This document shows positions 47,523-57,724 of a stretch of DNA of 60,427 bases, in pieces. The DNA lies in IMG/VR virus record IMGVR_UViG_3300046171_000156, positions 1-60,427 of that record. The stretch is one strand, 5' to 3'. The translations under genes were made by a program, and so were the position numbers. The first letter of the stretch is position 1. Each line of letters opens with the position of its first letter. This DNA comes from a virus. Its lineage: Duplodnaviria; Caudoviricetes. The notes beneath the pieces are model-generated. The model worked only from the letters and a program-made list of their open reading frames with translations. It was not told the DNA's origin and searched no databases.

Positions 47523-47927
47523 ATGAGCATAAATAAACCAGGAAAAAAAACAGGTAAGACTCCAAAAGGAGCAGCAGGAAATACAGAATCTGTAGATAAA
47601 CAAATGGATGACGTAATAGAATCACTATTATCAGGCGCTAAAGCTAATCCAATATCATCTGGGGTAGGAAAATTAGGCAGGAAAGCTGTAAGCCAAGCAT
47701 TACAAGCTTATCGAAAAGAAAATCCTAAACTTATGCCTACAGTTAAATTACCCGAAAGAAAAGTTCCTAAAGGTGAAAAACCTAATATGCTTGATGTAGC
47801 AGGTGGGGCTACAACACTTAGGGTTGCAAAAGGTGGTATGGTTAGAAAGAAAAAACCAACTAAAAAATCTAAAGTTGCAGGAAGAGCCGCGAAACGTGGT
47901 TACGGAATGGCCAAACGAGGTAAGTAA
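47523..47927 (+). CDS. Basic protein with GG tag
   Basis: VAKGGMVRKKK...GRAAKRGYG. Confidence 0.6.
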   Translation: MSINKPGKKTGKTPKGAAGNTESVDKQMDDVIESLLSGAKANPISSGVGKLGRKAVSQALQAYRKENPKLMPTVKLPERKVPKGEKPNMLDVAGGATTLRVAKGGMVRKKKPTKKSKVAGRAAKRGYGMAKRGK

Positions 47928-48238
47928 TGGGTAAATTTAAAGACCAAGATCTTGATAATCAACAGAAGAAAAAAGTAGTAAGTGATTTTGTAAAGAGAAG
48001 ACAGCAATTAAGCGGCGCAGACTCATCATTATCTAAAATAAGCACTATTAAAGATATTAATATGGATACCATCTTTAAAATATTTGGCAAAAAACTTGCT
48101 AAAGGTGGCTCTGTAAAGAAAAAAAAGAAGTTTCCTGACCTAAGTGGTGATGGAAAAGTCACTAAAAAAGATATTTTAATGGCTAAAGGGGTCATTAAGA
48201 AGAAAAAAGGCAAAAAAAAGGCAAAAAAGAGAGGATAA
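47927..48238 (+). CDS. Lys-rich protein with EF-hand-like loop and GG tag
   Basis: LAKGGSV; FPDLSGDGKVTKKDIL. Confidence 0.6.
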   Translation: MGKFKDQDLDNQQKKKVVSDFVKRRQQLSGADSSLSKISTIKDINMDTIFKIFGKKLAKGGSVKKKKKFPDLSGDGKVTKKDILMAKGVIKKKKGKKKAKKRG

Positions 48239-48239
48239 T

Positions 48240-48479
48240 ATGGCACTAAACAACCCAAAACCTAAATTTATCAATGGTTCTTTGTATCCAAATGCAAAAA
48301 TGACTGTTTCTACTGACATGAATCCTTACAAAGGACCTCATGTTAATAAAACAGCTATTGCAGACGTATATAGTGCGTCAATGGAAGGTCCAAAAGTTAC
48401 ACAAAACTTAGGATCTGGACCAAAAGGTCAAAGAAGTAAGGTTCAGATAAAAAAAGTAGCTTTCAAAGGCTTAAAATAG
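48240..48479 (+). CDS. Small basic hypothetical protein
   Basis: 79 aa, SD GAGG. Confidence 0.55.
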   Translation: MALNNPKPKFINGSLYPNAKMTVSTDMNPYKGPHVNKTAIADVYSASMEGPKVTQNLGSGPKGQRSKVQIKKVAFKGLK

Positions 48480-48508
48480 TATAATTTCGCTTTAATAAAG
48501 GAGGTTAT

Positions 48509-48643
48509 ATGAACCTATTAAAAGATCTATGGTCACATGTTAAAGAGTGGTCAGAATGGAAAATGAAGGACTGGATCAAGGCGGCTATTGTAGCTATTAT
48601 TGTTATCTGGGTAATTAGCTGGATGACAGGCGGAGCAGCATAA
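48509..48643 (+). CDS. Small membrane protein (44 aa) upstream of holin
   Basis: MNLLKDLWSHVKEWSEWKMKDWIKAAIVAIIVIWVISWMTGGAA*; SD AAGGAGG; TATAAT just upstream. Confidence 0.6.
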   Translation: MNLLKDLWSHVKEWSEWKMKDWIKAAIVAIIVIWVISWMTGGAA

Positions 48644-49053
48644 TGTTTCAGGTTCTCGGTGGACTACTTGGTGGTAAAGGTGGAGCCTTAAAAACCATTG
48701 CTAAAGTGGTCGATGAGATTCATACATCAGAAGAAGAGAAATTAGATAAGAAAATTTTAATGCAACGCATTCAACAAAAGCTTGCAGAAAAACAATTAGA
48801 TGTTAATGCAAAGGAAGCCAGCCATCGCAGCGTATTCGTTGCTGGCTGGCGACCAGCGATTGGTTGGTGCGGAGCCCTTGCTTTATTTTTTCGCTTTATC
48901 CTATCTCCTTGTATTGATTGGTATGCAAAATTTTCAGGTATGGATATTGTACCGCCTGCCATAGAAACTGGGCCCCTTCTAGCAATTGTCACTTCAATGC
49001 TCGGCGTATCGGGCCTTCGCACCTTCGAAAAGGCAAAAGGATTAACTAAGTAA
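48643..49053 (+). CDS. Holin (GTA-type 3TM family)
   Basis: EASHRSVFVAGWRPAIGW...MLG.SGLRTFEK. Confidence 0.75.
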   Translation: MFQVLGGLLGGKGGALKTIAKVVDEIHTSEEEKLDKKILMQRIQQKLAEKQLDVNAKEASHRSVFVAGWRPAIGWCGALALFFRFILSPCIDWYAKFSGMDIVPPAIETGPLLAIVTSMLGVSGLRTFEKAKGLTK

Positions 49054-49331
49054 TGGGTAAATTGTGTGCAAGAGGTAAATCAGCCGCTAAACGTAAGTTT
49101 AAAGTATATCCGTCAGCATATGCTAATATGTACGCAAGTGCAGTGTGTTCTGGAAAAGTAACACCAGGTGGAAAAAAGGGCAAAAAAAAGGCAAAGAAAA
49201 AAGCTAATGGGGGAATGATAAATCAACTCTCGCAACAACGAAAAAGAGTTTCAAATTACAATCAAGGCGGCGTTGCTAAAGGTTGTGGTGGTATTATGGA
49301 AGACAGACGTAAAGTAACTGCGTTTACGTAA
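49053..49331 (+). CDS. Small basic protein with two GG tags
   Basis: LCARGK.AAKRKFKVYPSAYAN; KANGGMI, YNQGGVA. Confidence 0.65.
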   Translation: MGKLCARGKSAAKRKFKVYPSAYANMYASAVCSGKVTPGGKKGKKKAKKKANGGMINQLSQQRKRVSNYNQGGVAKGCGGIMEDRRKVTAFT

Positions 49332-49621
49332 TGGCTAAAAAAGGATTAAGAGCTTGGGTCGCTGAAAAGTGGGTAGATATAGGAGCACCTAAAAAAGATG
49401 GCAAGTATCAACCTTGCGGAAGAAAAAAAGGTAGTAAAAGAAAATATCCAAAATGTGTTCCTTTAGCAAAAGCTAGAAGTATGAGCAAAGGTCAGAAAGC
49501 TAGTGCAGTGAAAAGAAAAAGAGCTGCTGGTAATCCTGGAGGTAAACCAACTAACGTAAAAACATTTAAAGCAAGTAATGGTGGTTTAGCATTAAGAGGT
49601 TATGGAGCAGCAATTAGATAA
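49331..49621 (+). CDS. Small basic protein (DUF5872-like) with GG tag
   Basis: GLRAWVAEKWVDIG...CGR...YPKCVP; ASNGGLA. Confidence 0.65.
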   Translation: MAKKGLRAWVAEKWVDIGAPKKDGKYQPCGRKKGSKRKYPKCVPLAKARSMSKGQKASAVKRKRAAGNPGGKPTNVKTFKASNGGLALRGYGAAIR

Positions 49622-49809
49622 TGCCTTTTCGTTCTGCAAAACAACGGGCATACTTATACGCAAATGAACCAGAAATTGCTCAGAATTGGGCAGAAAAACA
49701 TGGGAATAAGGTTGTAAAAAAAAGTAAGGGAGGTTATATAAGGGTAACTCCAAGAGGTTTTGGAAGAATGTTAAAAAACAAGAGACCGAAAACAAAAATA
49801 TTTAGATGA
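49621..49809 (+). CDS. Small basic protein with GG tag
   Basis: MPFRSAKQRAYLYANEPEIA..W; KSKGGYI. Confidence 0.6.
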   Translation: MPFRSAKQRAYLYANEPEIAQNWAEKHGNKVVKKSKGGYIRVTPRGFGRMLKNKRPKTKIFR

Positions 49810-50246
49810 CATACGACGAATTAGCTGGTTCCGTAAAATTATCAGAGGGTTTTAGAGATCACGTATACATGGATACGGAAGGATTTCGCACGATTGGCTG
49901 GGGTCATAAAGTAGTACATGAAGATAATTTTGAAGATGGTAAAACATATACCAAAGAAGAACTACAAGAAGTATTTGATAAAGATTTAAACAAAGCAATT
50001 GGTTTAGCACGACAACTTATGGAAGAAAATAATGTGTCAGATTTGCCTACAACTGCTCAACATACCATTACCGAAATGGTATTTCAGCTTGGAAAGTCAG
50101 GTGTTTCCAAGTTCCGTAATATGTGGAAAAACCTGCAGGACCGAAATTTTGAAGGTGCGAGTTTAGAGATGTTGGATTCGAAATGGAATCGTCAAACTCC
50201 AAATCGCTGTAAAAAATTATCGGATCAAATGAAATCATGCGCTTAG
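49806..50246 (+). CDS. Endolysin, T4-type lysozyme (GH24)
   Basis: E-x8-D-x5-T catalytic triad (EGFRDHVYMDTEGFRT), MVFQLG, SKW.RQTPNR. Confidence 0.9.
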   Translation: MTYDELAGSVKLSEGFRDHVYMDTEGFRTIGWGHKVVHEDNFEDGKTYTKEELQEVFDKDLNKAIGLARQLMEENNVSDLPTTAQHTITEMVFQLGKSGVSKFRNMWKNLQDRNFEGASLEMLDSKWNRQTPNRCKKLSDQMKSCA

Positions 50247-50435
50247 AAAACTTTTTTACACATTACAAAAAACAACTAAAAGCTAGACAAGAGACCATAA
50301 GACAAGGCTATATGTAGTGGTGTAAAAGATTGGGACGAATATCGGTATTTGACTGGTAAACTTCGTGGTCTTGAAGAAACTGAACAGGAACTCGCGGACC
50401 TGCTGAAGAAAACGGAGCTAGACGATGACGACTAA
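50237..50435 (+). CDS. Small conserved protein before groES (one frameshift near 50307)
   Basis: MRLENFF...RQ/AICSGVKDWDEYRYLTGKLRGLEE... Confidence 0.55.
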
Positions 50436-50841
50436 ACCTAAATTAATTGTACCTAAACATGTTTGGGATGGTGCAGAAAAAGAAAAAGAAAAAAAAGAAC
50501 TAGAGAAAATTCCTCAGCCTGTCGGTTGGAGAATAGTTTTATTTCCCTTAAAATTAAAAGGTAAGACAAAAGGTGGTGTTATTCTTACTGATGAAACAGT
50601 AGAAGAATCACAAATAACAACAAATATTTGTAAAGTCTTAAAGACTGGATCTTTGTGTTACAAAGATAAAGAGAGATATCCTGATGGTCCTTGGTGTAAA
50701 GAGGGCGATTGGGTTATAATAACTCGTTATTCAGGATCAAGAGTAAAGATTGATGGTGGTGAGTTACGTATAATCAACGACGATGAAGTACTGGCAGTTG
50801 TCGATGACCCAAGAGATATTTTGCCAGCTAATTTAATGTAA
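50425..50841 (+). CDS. groES: Co-chaperonin GroES
   Basis: P.GWRIV...KTKGGVIL...GDWVI..RYSG.RVKIDG.ELRIINDDEVLAVV. Confidence 0.85.
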   Translation: MTTKPKLIVPKHVWDGAEKEKEKKELEKIPQPVGWRIVLFPLKLKGKTKGGVILTDETVEESQITTNICKVLKTGSLCYKDKERYPDGPWCKEGDWVIITRYSGSRVKIDGGELRIINDDEVLAVVDDPRDILPANLM

Positions 50842-50842
50842 C

Positions 50843-51760
50843 ATGGAGAATTCTATGCAAGAAGTACAAACAAAAAAATCAGAAAAATTAGTTCCAATAG
50901 ATACATCGGGAAATGCTGTAGACGTTGAAGTAAAAGAAAATGAGACTTCTACTGTCCCAGTAAATGAAACGGATCCTATTGTAGAAGTTTCTGGAGAAGA
51001 AACTAAAACTGAAACAAAATCTGAAGAGTTAGAAGAGTATAGTGCGGGTGTAAAAAAACGTATTGATAAACTAACTAAGAAAATGCGTGAAGCAGAACGT
51101 CGTGAAGAAGCTGCAATTGAATACGCAAGAAAAATTCAAAACCAACAAAAAGTTTTACAATCTCAACTTAATCAAAAGGATGCTTTGTTTGTTGAAGAAG
51201 GTACAAAAAAATTAGATGCTCAAGAAGAGTTTGCTAAACGTGCCTTACAGGCTGCAATTCAAGAAGGAGATACAGAGAAACAAGTCGAAGCTCAACAAGC
51301 AATGGCTAAAATGGCTATTGAAAGAGAAAGACTTACTGCAGAAAAAATTCAACTTGAAGCTCAAAAAGCTCAACCACAAACACAAGAACAACAATACGTT
51401 GAACAGCAACCTGTTGCTCCTCGTCCTAGTGGAAAAGCAAAAGAATGGGCTGATAAAAATGAGTGGTTCAACACTGATAGAGCTATGACCTTTACTTCTA
51501 TGGAAATTCATAAGGATTTAGTGCAAGAAGGATTTGACGTAGAGAGTGATGAATACTATAATGAAATTGATGCGAGAATTCGCAAAGAGTTTCCTCAAAA
51601 ATTTGGGGAACAGCCGAAGGTTACTCAAAAAGTTGCCTCTGCTGTAAGAACAACGTCCTCTGGACGCCGCACTGTGAGACTCACACCTTCACAGGTAGCT
51701 ATCGCAAAAAAACTTGGTGTGCCGCTCGAAGAGTACGCAAAACACGTGAAGGAGGCGTAA
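50843..51760 (+). CDS. Capsid scaffolding protein
   Basis: Coiled coil, acidic N-terminus, C-terminal LTPSQVAIAKKLGVPLEEYAK; upstream of capsid genes. Confidence 0.7.
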   Translation: MENSMQEVQTKKSEKLVPIDTSGNAVDVEVKENETSTVPVNETDPIVEVSGEETKTETKSEELEEYSAGVKKRIDKLTKKMREAERREEAAIEYARKIQNQQKVLQSQLNQKDALFVEEGTKKLDAQEEFAKRALQAAIQEGDTEKQVEAQQAMAKMAIERERLTAEKIQLEAQKAQPQTQEQQYVEQQPVAPRPSGKAKEWADKNEWFNTDRAMTFTSMEIHKDLVQEGFDVESDEYYNEIDARIRKEFPQKFGEQPKVTQKVASAVRTTSSGRRTVRLTPSQVAIAKKLGVPLEEYAKHVKEA

Positions 51761-51761
51761 T

Positions 51762-52229
51762 ATGACTACAGATAGTAAACAAAAAACCTCACGCAAATTA
51801 GAGACCCGTGAACAACAAACTCGCAAACGAGGTTGGGTTCCACCATCTAATTTAGATGCCCCTGAACCACCAGAAGGTTTTCACCATCGGTGGGTAAGAT
51901 TTGAGTATAGAGGAATGGCAGACGATAAGAATGTCACCGCTAGACTTAGATCAGGATATGAACCTGTGAGAGCAGAAGAGTATCCCGACAGATTAGATTT
52001 ACCTCATTTAACTGATGGTAAGTTTAAGGGTATTATTGCTGTTGGTGGATTAATGTTAATGAGATGTCCGATCGAAACTAAAGACGCAAGAGATGAATAT
52101 TTTGCTGGTTTAACTAACGATCAACAGAAATCAGTTGACAACGACCTTATGAGGGAAGAGCACCCCTCCATGCCTATTTCGCAAGAAAGGCAGTCTCGGG
52201 TAGAATTTGGTGGTAAGAAAAAATCTTGA
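51762..52229 (+). CDS. Conserved head-module protein
   Basis: W.PPS.LDAP.PPEG..HRWVR...VGGLML. Confidence 0.6.
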   Translation: MTTDSKQKTSRKLETREQQTRKRGWVPPSNLDAPEPPEGFHHRWVRFEYRGMADDKNVTARLRSGYEPVRAEEYPDRLDLPHLTDGKFKGIIAVGGLMLMRCPIETKDARDEYFAGLTNDQQKSVDNDLMREEHPSMPISQERQSRVEFGGKKKS

Positions 52230-52276
52230 TGAGCAAGATCTATGTTACTACCAACATTGTCTAAAGGAGACAAATT

Positions 52277-52894
52277 ATGGCTAATATAGATGCAGCTTTT
52301 GGTCTTCGTCCTTACGAAAGATCAGGCTCAAATTATAATAACCAAGGCGTTAATGCGTATCCTATTAACTTTGAAGGCTCAAGTAGTGGAACAACAAGTT
52401 TAATTTGGACTGGAACTCCAGTTATCCCTCTAGCTAGTGGGTTAATAGACGTACCAGGAAACGCCAATGGCGGTACCGTACCTTTATTAGGTGTCTTCAT
52501 GGGTTGTAAATACATTGCAACTGATGGAACTCCAACATGGGCACCATACTGGCCTGGTTACGCGGCAATTAAGCCGTCAACTGAAGCAATTGCTTATGTA
52601 GCAGATAACCCTCATGCATTATTCGTTATTAATTGTAACGGAGCAATGCCTGATTCAAATCTGTTTATTAATGCTAACTTCGCAACAGCAATTACTGGAA
52701 CTAATACTTCTGGTTACTCTTTAGGAGAACTAGATGTAGGAACAGTAAACACTACAGCTTCATTAAATTTAAAAGTTGTAGGATTTGATGACGAAGCTTC
52801 AGTAGCAGAAGGCGCTGTAGATAAAACTGCAGCAGGTCGATTAGCGATCGTAAAACTTAACGTTCATTATATGGACTCAACATCAGGAATATAG
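52277..52894 (+). CDS. Minor capsid/cement protein
   Basis: MAN.DAAFGLRP...GVFMGCKY; directly before major capsid gene. Confidence 0.55.
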   Translation: MANIDAAFGLRPYERSGSNYNNQGVNAYPINFEGSSSGTTSLIWTGTPVIPLASGLIDVPGNANGGTVPLLGVFMGCKYIATDGTPTWAPYWPGYAAIKPSTEAIAYVADNPHALFVINCNGAMPDSNLFINANFATAITGTNTSGYSLGELDVGTVNTTASLNLKVVGFDDEASVAEGAVDKTAAGRLAIVKLNVHYMDSTSGI

Positions 52895-52905
52895 GAGATT
52901 AGGAT

Positions 52906-53808
52906 ATGGCTATTAATAGAGCACAGCTTGCCAAAGAACTAGAACCTGGTTTGAATGCCTTGTTCGGTTTGGAGTACGCACGCTACGAAAACGAAGCAGC
53001 TCAAATTTTTGAGCAAGAATCAAGTGACAGAGCTTTTGAAGAAGAAGTTATGCTAGTTGGTTTTGGACAAGCTAATGTAAAAGCAGAAGGATCAGCAGTA
53101 GGTTTTGATACCGCTTCTGAATCTTTTACTGCTAGATACACTCACGACACAATCGCTCTAGCGTTTGCGTTAACTGAAGAAGCTGTCGAAGACAACTTGT
53201 ATGATACTTTATCTGCTCGTTACACAAAAGCCCTAGCGAGATCTATGGCTTACACAAAACAAGTTAGAGGCGCTAACGTATTAAATAATGCGTTTACAGT
53301 GACTGGTGGAGACGGCGTTACATTAGCTAACACTGCTCACCCAACAGCACTAGGTGGTACTTTTTCAAATAGAAGTGCAACTGATGCAGACCTTAACGAA
53401 ACCTCATTAGAACAAGCGATGATTGATATTGCTGGTTTTATCGACGAAAGAGGCTTAAAAATTGCAATGAAAGGACAGAAATTAATAATTCCTGTTAACT
53501 TGCAGTTTGTAGCTGATAGAATCTTAGAGTCTACTCTAAGAGTCGGTACTGCTGACAACGACATCAACGCTCTGAAAAATATGGGCATGCTACCAGGTGG
53601 TTACACTGTTAACCATTATCTAACAGATACGGATGCATTTTTCATTAAAACAGATTGTCCTAATGGCTTTAAGCACTTCACAAGAGCTGCCCTTGCTACT
53701 GGCATGGAAGGTGATTTTGATACAGGAAACATGAGATACAAAGCTAGAGAGAGATACAGCTTTGGTTACTCAGATCCTAGATGTGTTTACGCTTCACAAG
53801 GTTCGTAA
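52906..53808 (+). CDS. Major capsid protein
   Basis: MAINRAQLAKELEPGLNALFGLEY...GDFDTGNMRYKARERYSFG; biased codons; followed by terminator. Confidence 0.85.
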   Translation: MAINRAQLAKELEPGLNALFGLEYARYENEAAQIFEQESSDRAFEEEVMLVGFGQANVKAEGSAVGFDTASESFTARYTHDTIALAFALTEEAVEDNLYDTLSARYTKALARSMAYTKQVRGANVLNNAFTVTGGDGVTLANTAHPTALGGTFSNRSATDADLNETSLEQAMIDIAGFIDERGLKIAMKGQKLIIPVNLQFVADRILESTLRVGTADNDINALKNMGMLPGGYTVNHYLTDTDAFFIKTDCPNGFKHFTRAALATGMEGDFDTGNMRYKARERYSFGYSDPRCVYASQGS

Positions 53809-53835
53809 AAAATACTGGATCCTCCCAGATCAAAG

Positions 53836-53861
53836 AAGGCGCTTGTAAGAGCGCCTTTTTT
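53836..53861 (+). terminator. Rho-independent terminator after MCP
   Basis: AAGGCGCT-tgtaag-AGCGCCTTTTTT. Confidence 0.85.
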
Positions 53862-53915
53862 GTTTTAAGATACAATTTACTCAAGACTTAACAAGACAAC
53901 TAAAAGGAGGTTGAC

Positions 53916-54347
53916 ATGGGTACAACTACATTTTCGGGACCAGTCAAAGCTGGTACTATAAGAGAAGGAGCAAGTGTTAATACAGGGTTTGTATTAATGG
54001 CTCAATCAGCAGTAATCGATATTATCGGTGCAACTGCTACTACAGCAATAGGAATTATTCCTGCTAATTCACAGATTGTGGATGTAATTTTAAATGTTAC
54101 AACTGTAAACAATGATGGTGGAACTGCTACAGTTCAAGTTGGACATGCAGGTGATACTGATGAGTATCTACCAGCAACAAATGTAAAAGCTTTAGGTACA
54201 ACTAGAGGTACTATACAAACTGATGGTACAGATATTGGTACATCGGATCAGACTGTAAATGCTGTTTTCACAGCAGGTACGGGTAATGGTACAACAGGTG
54301 CTGCTACAGTTACTGTTCTTTACATGCAGAATAACAACTTATCATAA
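53916..54347 (+). CDS. Capsid decoration/spike-like protein
   Basis: MGTTTFSGPVKAG..., beta-rich, SD AAGGAGG. Confidence 0.55.
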   Translation: MGTTTFSGPVKAGTIREGASVNTGFVLMAQSAVIDIIGATATTAIGIIPANSQIVDVILNVTTVNNDGGTATVQVGHAGDTDEYLPATNVKALGTTRGTIQTDGTDIGTSDQTVNAVFTAGTGNGTTGAATVTVLYMQNNNLS

Positions 54348-54356
54348 GAGGTTTAA

Positions 54357-54647
54357 ATGGCATTAGTAAAAACCACAGCTGGTGTAGAAACAGCGACGCT
54401 AACAAGCACTGGTAATGCTGTAGGAAGTGCAGCAAGACTGTATAATATTTATGCAGTTTGTGCTGGGTCTGCAGGATCTATCGTGTTAAAAAATGGTTCT
54501 GGTGGTTCAACACTAGCAACTATTGCAACGCCAGGATCCGCTACAGCTACTATAAATATTGATTTTACAGATGATGGTTTAGACTTTCCAAGTGCTTTAC
54601 ATGCGACGTTAACAAACGTAACATCTGTATTGTTTGTGTATGGCTGA
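54357..54647 (+). CDS. Small virion protein
   Basis: 96 aa, beta-rich. Confidence 0.55.
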   Translation: MALVKTTAGVETATLTSTGNAVGSAARLYNIYAVCAGSAGSIVLKNGSGGSTLATIATPGSATATINIDFTDDGLDFPSALHATLTNVTSVLFVYG

Positions 54648-54915
54648 TAAGCAACCAAAACGAAATAAAAAAAACTTCCGCCCCACTAAATCTGGGGCGG
54701 GAATGACTCGAGCTGGAGTTAAAAAATATAGAGCCATGAATCCTGGTTCTAAATTAAAAACTGCTGTGACAGGCAAAGTTAAAAAAGGATCTAAAGCTGC
54801 AAAACGTAGAAAATCATACTGTGCAAGAAGCGCAGGACAAATGAAACAATTTCCAAAAGCTGCAAAAGATCCTAACTCAAGATTACGTCAAGCAAGAAGA
54901 CGTTGGAAATGTTAA
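54640..54915 (+). CDS. Small basic protein (DUF6321-like)
   Basis: GAGMT.AGV..YR..NPGSKL...RRKSYCARS.GQ...RWKC. Confidence 0.65.
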   Translation: MADKQPKRNKKNFRPTKSGAGMTRAGVKKYRAMNPGSKLKTAVTGKVKKGSKAAKRRKSYCARSAGQMKQFPKAAKDPNSRLRQARRRWKC

Positions 54916-55462
54916 AACTATTTTTTTTATTAGCCTTTATAACAGTTGTTGCTATTTCAACAGATGTTAGAAGTGCAGATACAAATACCGTGTCAGCTCA
55001 ACGGTAGTGACGGATAAAAGTGTGCCTACCGCAAATGCACCAAGTGTTGTTGTAAACAATTCTGATATTTGTAAAGTAGCAACGTCAGGTGCAATACAAA
55101 CTAATATACTTGGTATTGCTACAGGCGTAGTAGTAGATGACGAGCTATGTCAATTACTCAAGCTTTCCCGCCAATTATATGCTTCAGGTCTTAAAGTAGC
55201 CTCAGTCAGTTTGCTCGCAACAGATCCACGTGTTTTTGACAGCTTAGTTATGGCAGGAACTCCACCACCATACATGGGATCTATTGGTTCTGAAGCTTTG
55301 GAGAAATGGAAATCAAATCCAGACATGATACCAGAAGGTAGCACTGTCTTTAAAGATGATGTTTTAAAGATTAATATAAATGAGGATGTAAGCGATGGCG
55401 AATTCAAAAAGTTTTTATTTTTGGCTATGGCTATGTATATCGGTCTCCCTATCCTTTTCTAG
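54909..55462 (+). CDS. Secreted/membrane protein (frameshift near 54996)
   Basis: Signal peptide MLKLFFLLAFITVVA joins track ORF 55007; two Cys; C-terminal TM. Confidence 0.55.
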
Positions 55463-57033
55463 TAAGGCTGTAGATTGTTCAACAGACACAGTTGGACTAT
55501 GTACGCCGACTATTGAAGAGATAATAGATGAAGTAGTTACAGAAACAATAGAATATGAAGCAGATGGATATACTGTAACCACAACGACAGAAACAACAAC
55601 GACAACGACTACAGTCACCAATGAAGACTCAGGTGATTTGTTAGATGGTGATAATGGTTTTGTACAGCCTAGATACGAGGGTGATATGGACCAAGATTTT
55701 GGAGGTCAAGGCCCTGCAACTATGCCATCAGGTGGTGGCTGTTATAATCTAGGTACGGATAAATGTGCACAAATAACAGGCTCAGGCAATAGTACAAGCA
55801 CCATGGGTGTTGAAGGAATGGGAACGACATTTGTCAATACAGTCGATATATCTTCTCTTGATATAGAAAATGGAGGAAGAACTAATTACACAATCAAAGT
55901 AGATAAACGAGATGCACAAGATCGTATCTACATGCATATTACAGGTAAGAACGGAAACACCAATGTATTTAGTGGTACAGACATATTATCTGAATCTGGT
56001 GTAGCCAGTGGTTATCAAGAATACGAAAATGGTTTTGATTTTGCAGGTACAATAACAACGTTGATAATCGAAATTGGTGGGCGTGATATTAATATGGCAA
56101 TTGGCCCGCTCTTTGACGATATTACCATAAACGTGCTTTACAATGTAATATCTACAATCGTGCAAGAATCTATTACAAGTGTAGAAATGTGGGTTGCATA
56201 CGGCGGTAGTACAGAGACAGAAGTCATAGATATAGTAGAGAACATTATAGATCATAATGATTTTAATGAACAACCTGGTGGAGAAATAGAAATAGAACCA
56301 ATACAGGAGCCAGATTCAGAAGTTTCTTATGAAATGGTAGAGATGGAGATGGAGATGGAAATGCCTGTTATGGAAATAGAAATACCAGAGATGGAGATGG
56401 AGATGCCAGAAATGGAAATGGCAAGTGTTGAGACAGAGATAGAAATGGAGATGGAAATGGAGATGCCTGAGCCAGAGGTTGAAGTAGAAACACAACCTGA
56501 GCCAGAACCAGAACCAGAAGTAAATGAACCAGAACCTGAGCCAGAACCAGAAGTTTCTGAGCCAGAACAAGAGGAGGTACAAGATGAACCTACTGAAGAA
56601 GATACTAAGGAAACTGAACCTACTACGAAAGAGGAGCCTGAGCAGGAAGAAAGCTCACCAGAGGTTGCTAAAGATGAAGATAGCGAAGAAGATATGGAAG
56701 AAACAGAGGATAAGGATCAAGACGAGGTAAAAAAAGAAGAGAGTAAAAAAGAAGTCGCAGCTAAAAAAATATTAAAGAAGATGGGTGATAAGGGTAGATA
56801 TGATTCTGCAAATCAACTAAAAACACTAATTGTCATGCAAGGTATTAGGAAACTCTAAGTCCTTCTTTGAAGCACAACAAAGTCTTAATGACTTAGAAGG
56901 ATTTTTTACAGACAATGTAATACCTGATGCTGAACTGACAACTAATAACATAGCACAGTATTTTTTATTTGCTGGAAGTGATGGACTTATGGATGAGATG
57001 ATAATGCAACAATGGCAACAAATTTCGGAATAG
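55395..57033 (+). CDS. Large acidic exported protein with EM/PE repeats (frameshift near 56840)
   Basis: Signal-like N-terminus, beta domain, low-complexity acidic linker; joins track ORF 56830. Confidence 0.55.
56335..56570 (+). repeat. Coding hexanucleotide repeats (GAGATG)n and (GARCCW)n
   Basis: Encode EMEMEM and EPEPEP tracts. Confidence 0.8.
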
Positions 57034-57035
57034 CT

Positions 57036-57584
57036 ATGGCAGAGATGGAATTTGCTGGTTTAAAATTTAAAGGCGGAAAAATATTCGTTGTTTTGACAGC
57101 ACTCGGCACTTTGCTAGGTGGTGCGTGGGGCGTGTTTGAATTTTACAAAGACTATCTTAATATGAAAGATACTATCTCCGCGTATGTAGCTCCTGACCTA
57201 TCAGAGTTTGATAAGACTATTGCTTTAACTAAAGAAGAAATGAAAAGCAAAACAGAGTTAATACAAACAGAAGTTGAGATGATAATGCAGGAAATGGAAA
57301 TGATGATGTCAGAAATAAGATTGGTATCGGATGTGGCTAATGAGTTAAAAAATGATTTACGTCAAGACGTAAGAAGAGTAGAAAAAATTGTTAATGATGT
57401 AGAACAACAAGTTAAAGAAGATTCTAGAGATAATGCAAAAGATTTAAAAATTACGGTAGATACTATGGAAGAAGATATGTCAAAATTAAAATCTGACTTA
57501 GAAGAGAAGATGAAAGAGTTACAAGAAAATATTGATAAACAAATCAAACTCACTCTTGCTAATCCTTTATCACAAATGAAGTAA
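57036..57584 (+). CDS. Membrane-anchored coiled-coil protein
   Basis: One TM, long heptad region, ends LANPL. Confidence 0.6.
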   Translation: MAEMEFAGLKFKGGKIFVVLTALGTLLGGAWGVFEFYKDYLNMKDTISAYVAPDLSEFDKTIALTKEEMKSKTELIQTEVEMIMQEMEMMMSEIRLVSDVANELKNDLRQDVRRVEKIVNDVEQQVKEDSRDNAKDLKITVDTMEEDMSKLKSDLEEKMKELQENIDKQIKLTLANPLSQMK

Positions 57585-57724
57585 TGGCTGCAAAACTTCC
57601 AAACAACGAATATTTTACACCTAAACCTAAAAGGACAAGTATTGGTCATTCTAGTACTTCTAGACCTAAGAATAAAAGAAAGAGGCTATCATGGAAAAAA
57701 TACAACCGACAAGGCAACAGATAA
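57584..57724 (+). CDS. Small basic peptide (46 aa)
   Basis: MAAKLPNNEYFTPKPKRTSIGHSSTSRPKNKRKRLSWKKYNRQGNR*; TAATG coupled. Confidence 0.55.
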   Translation: MAAKLPNNEYFTPKPKRTSIGHSSTSRPKNKRKRLSWKKYNRQGNR

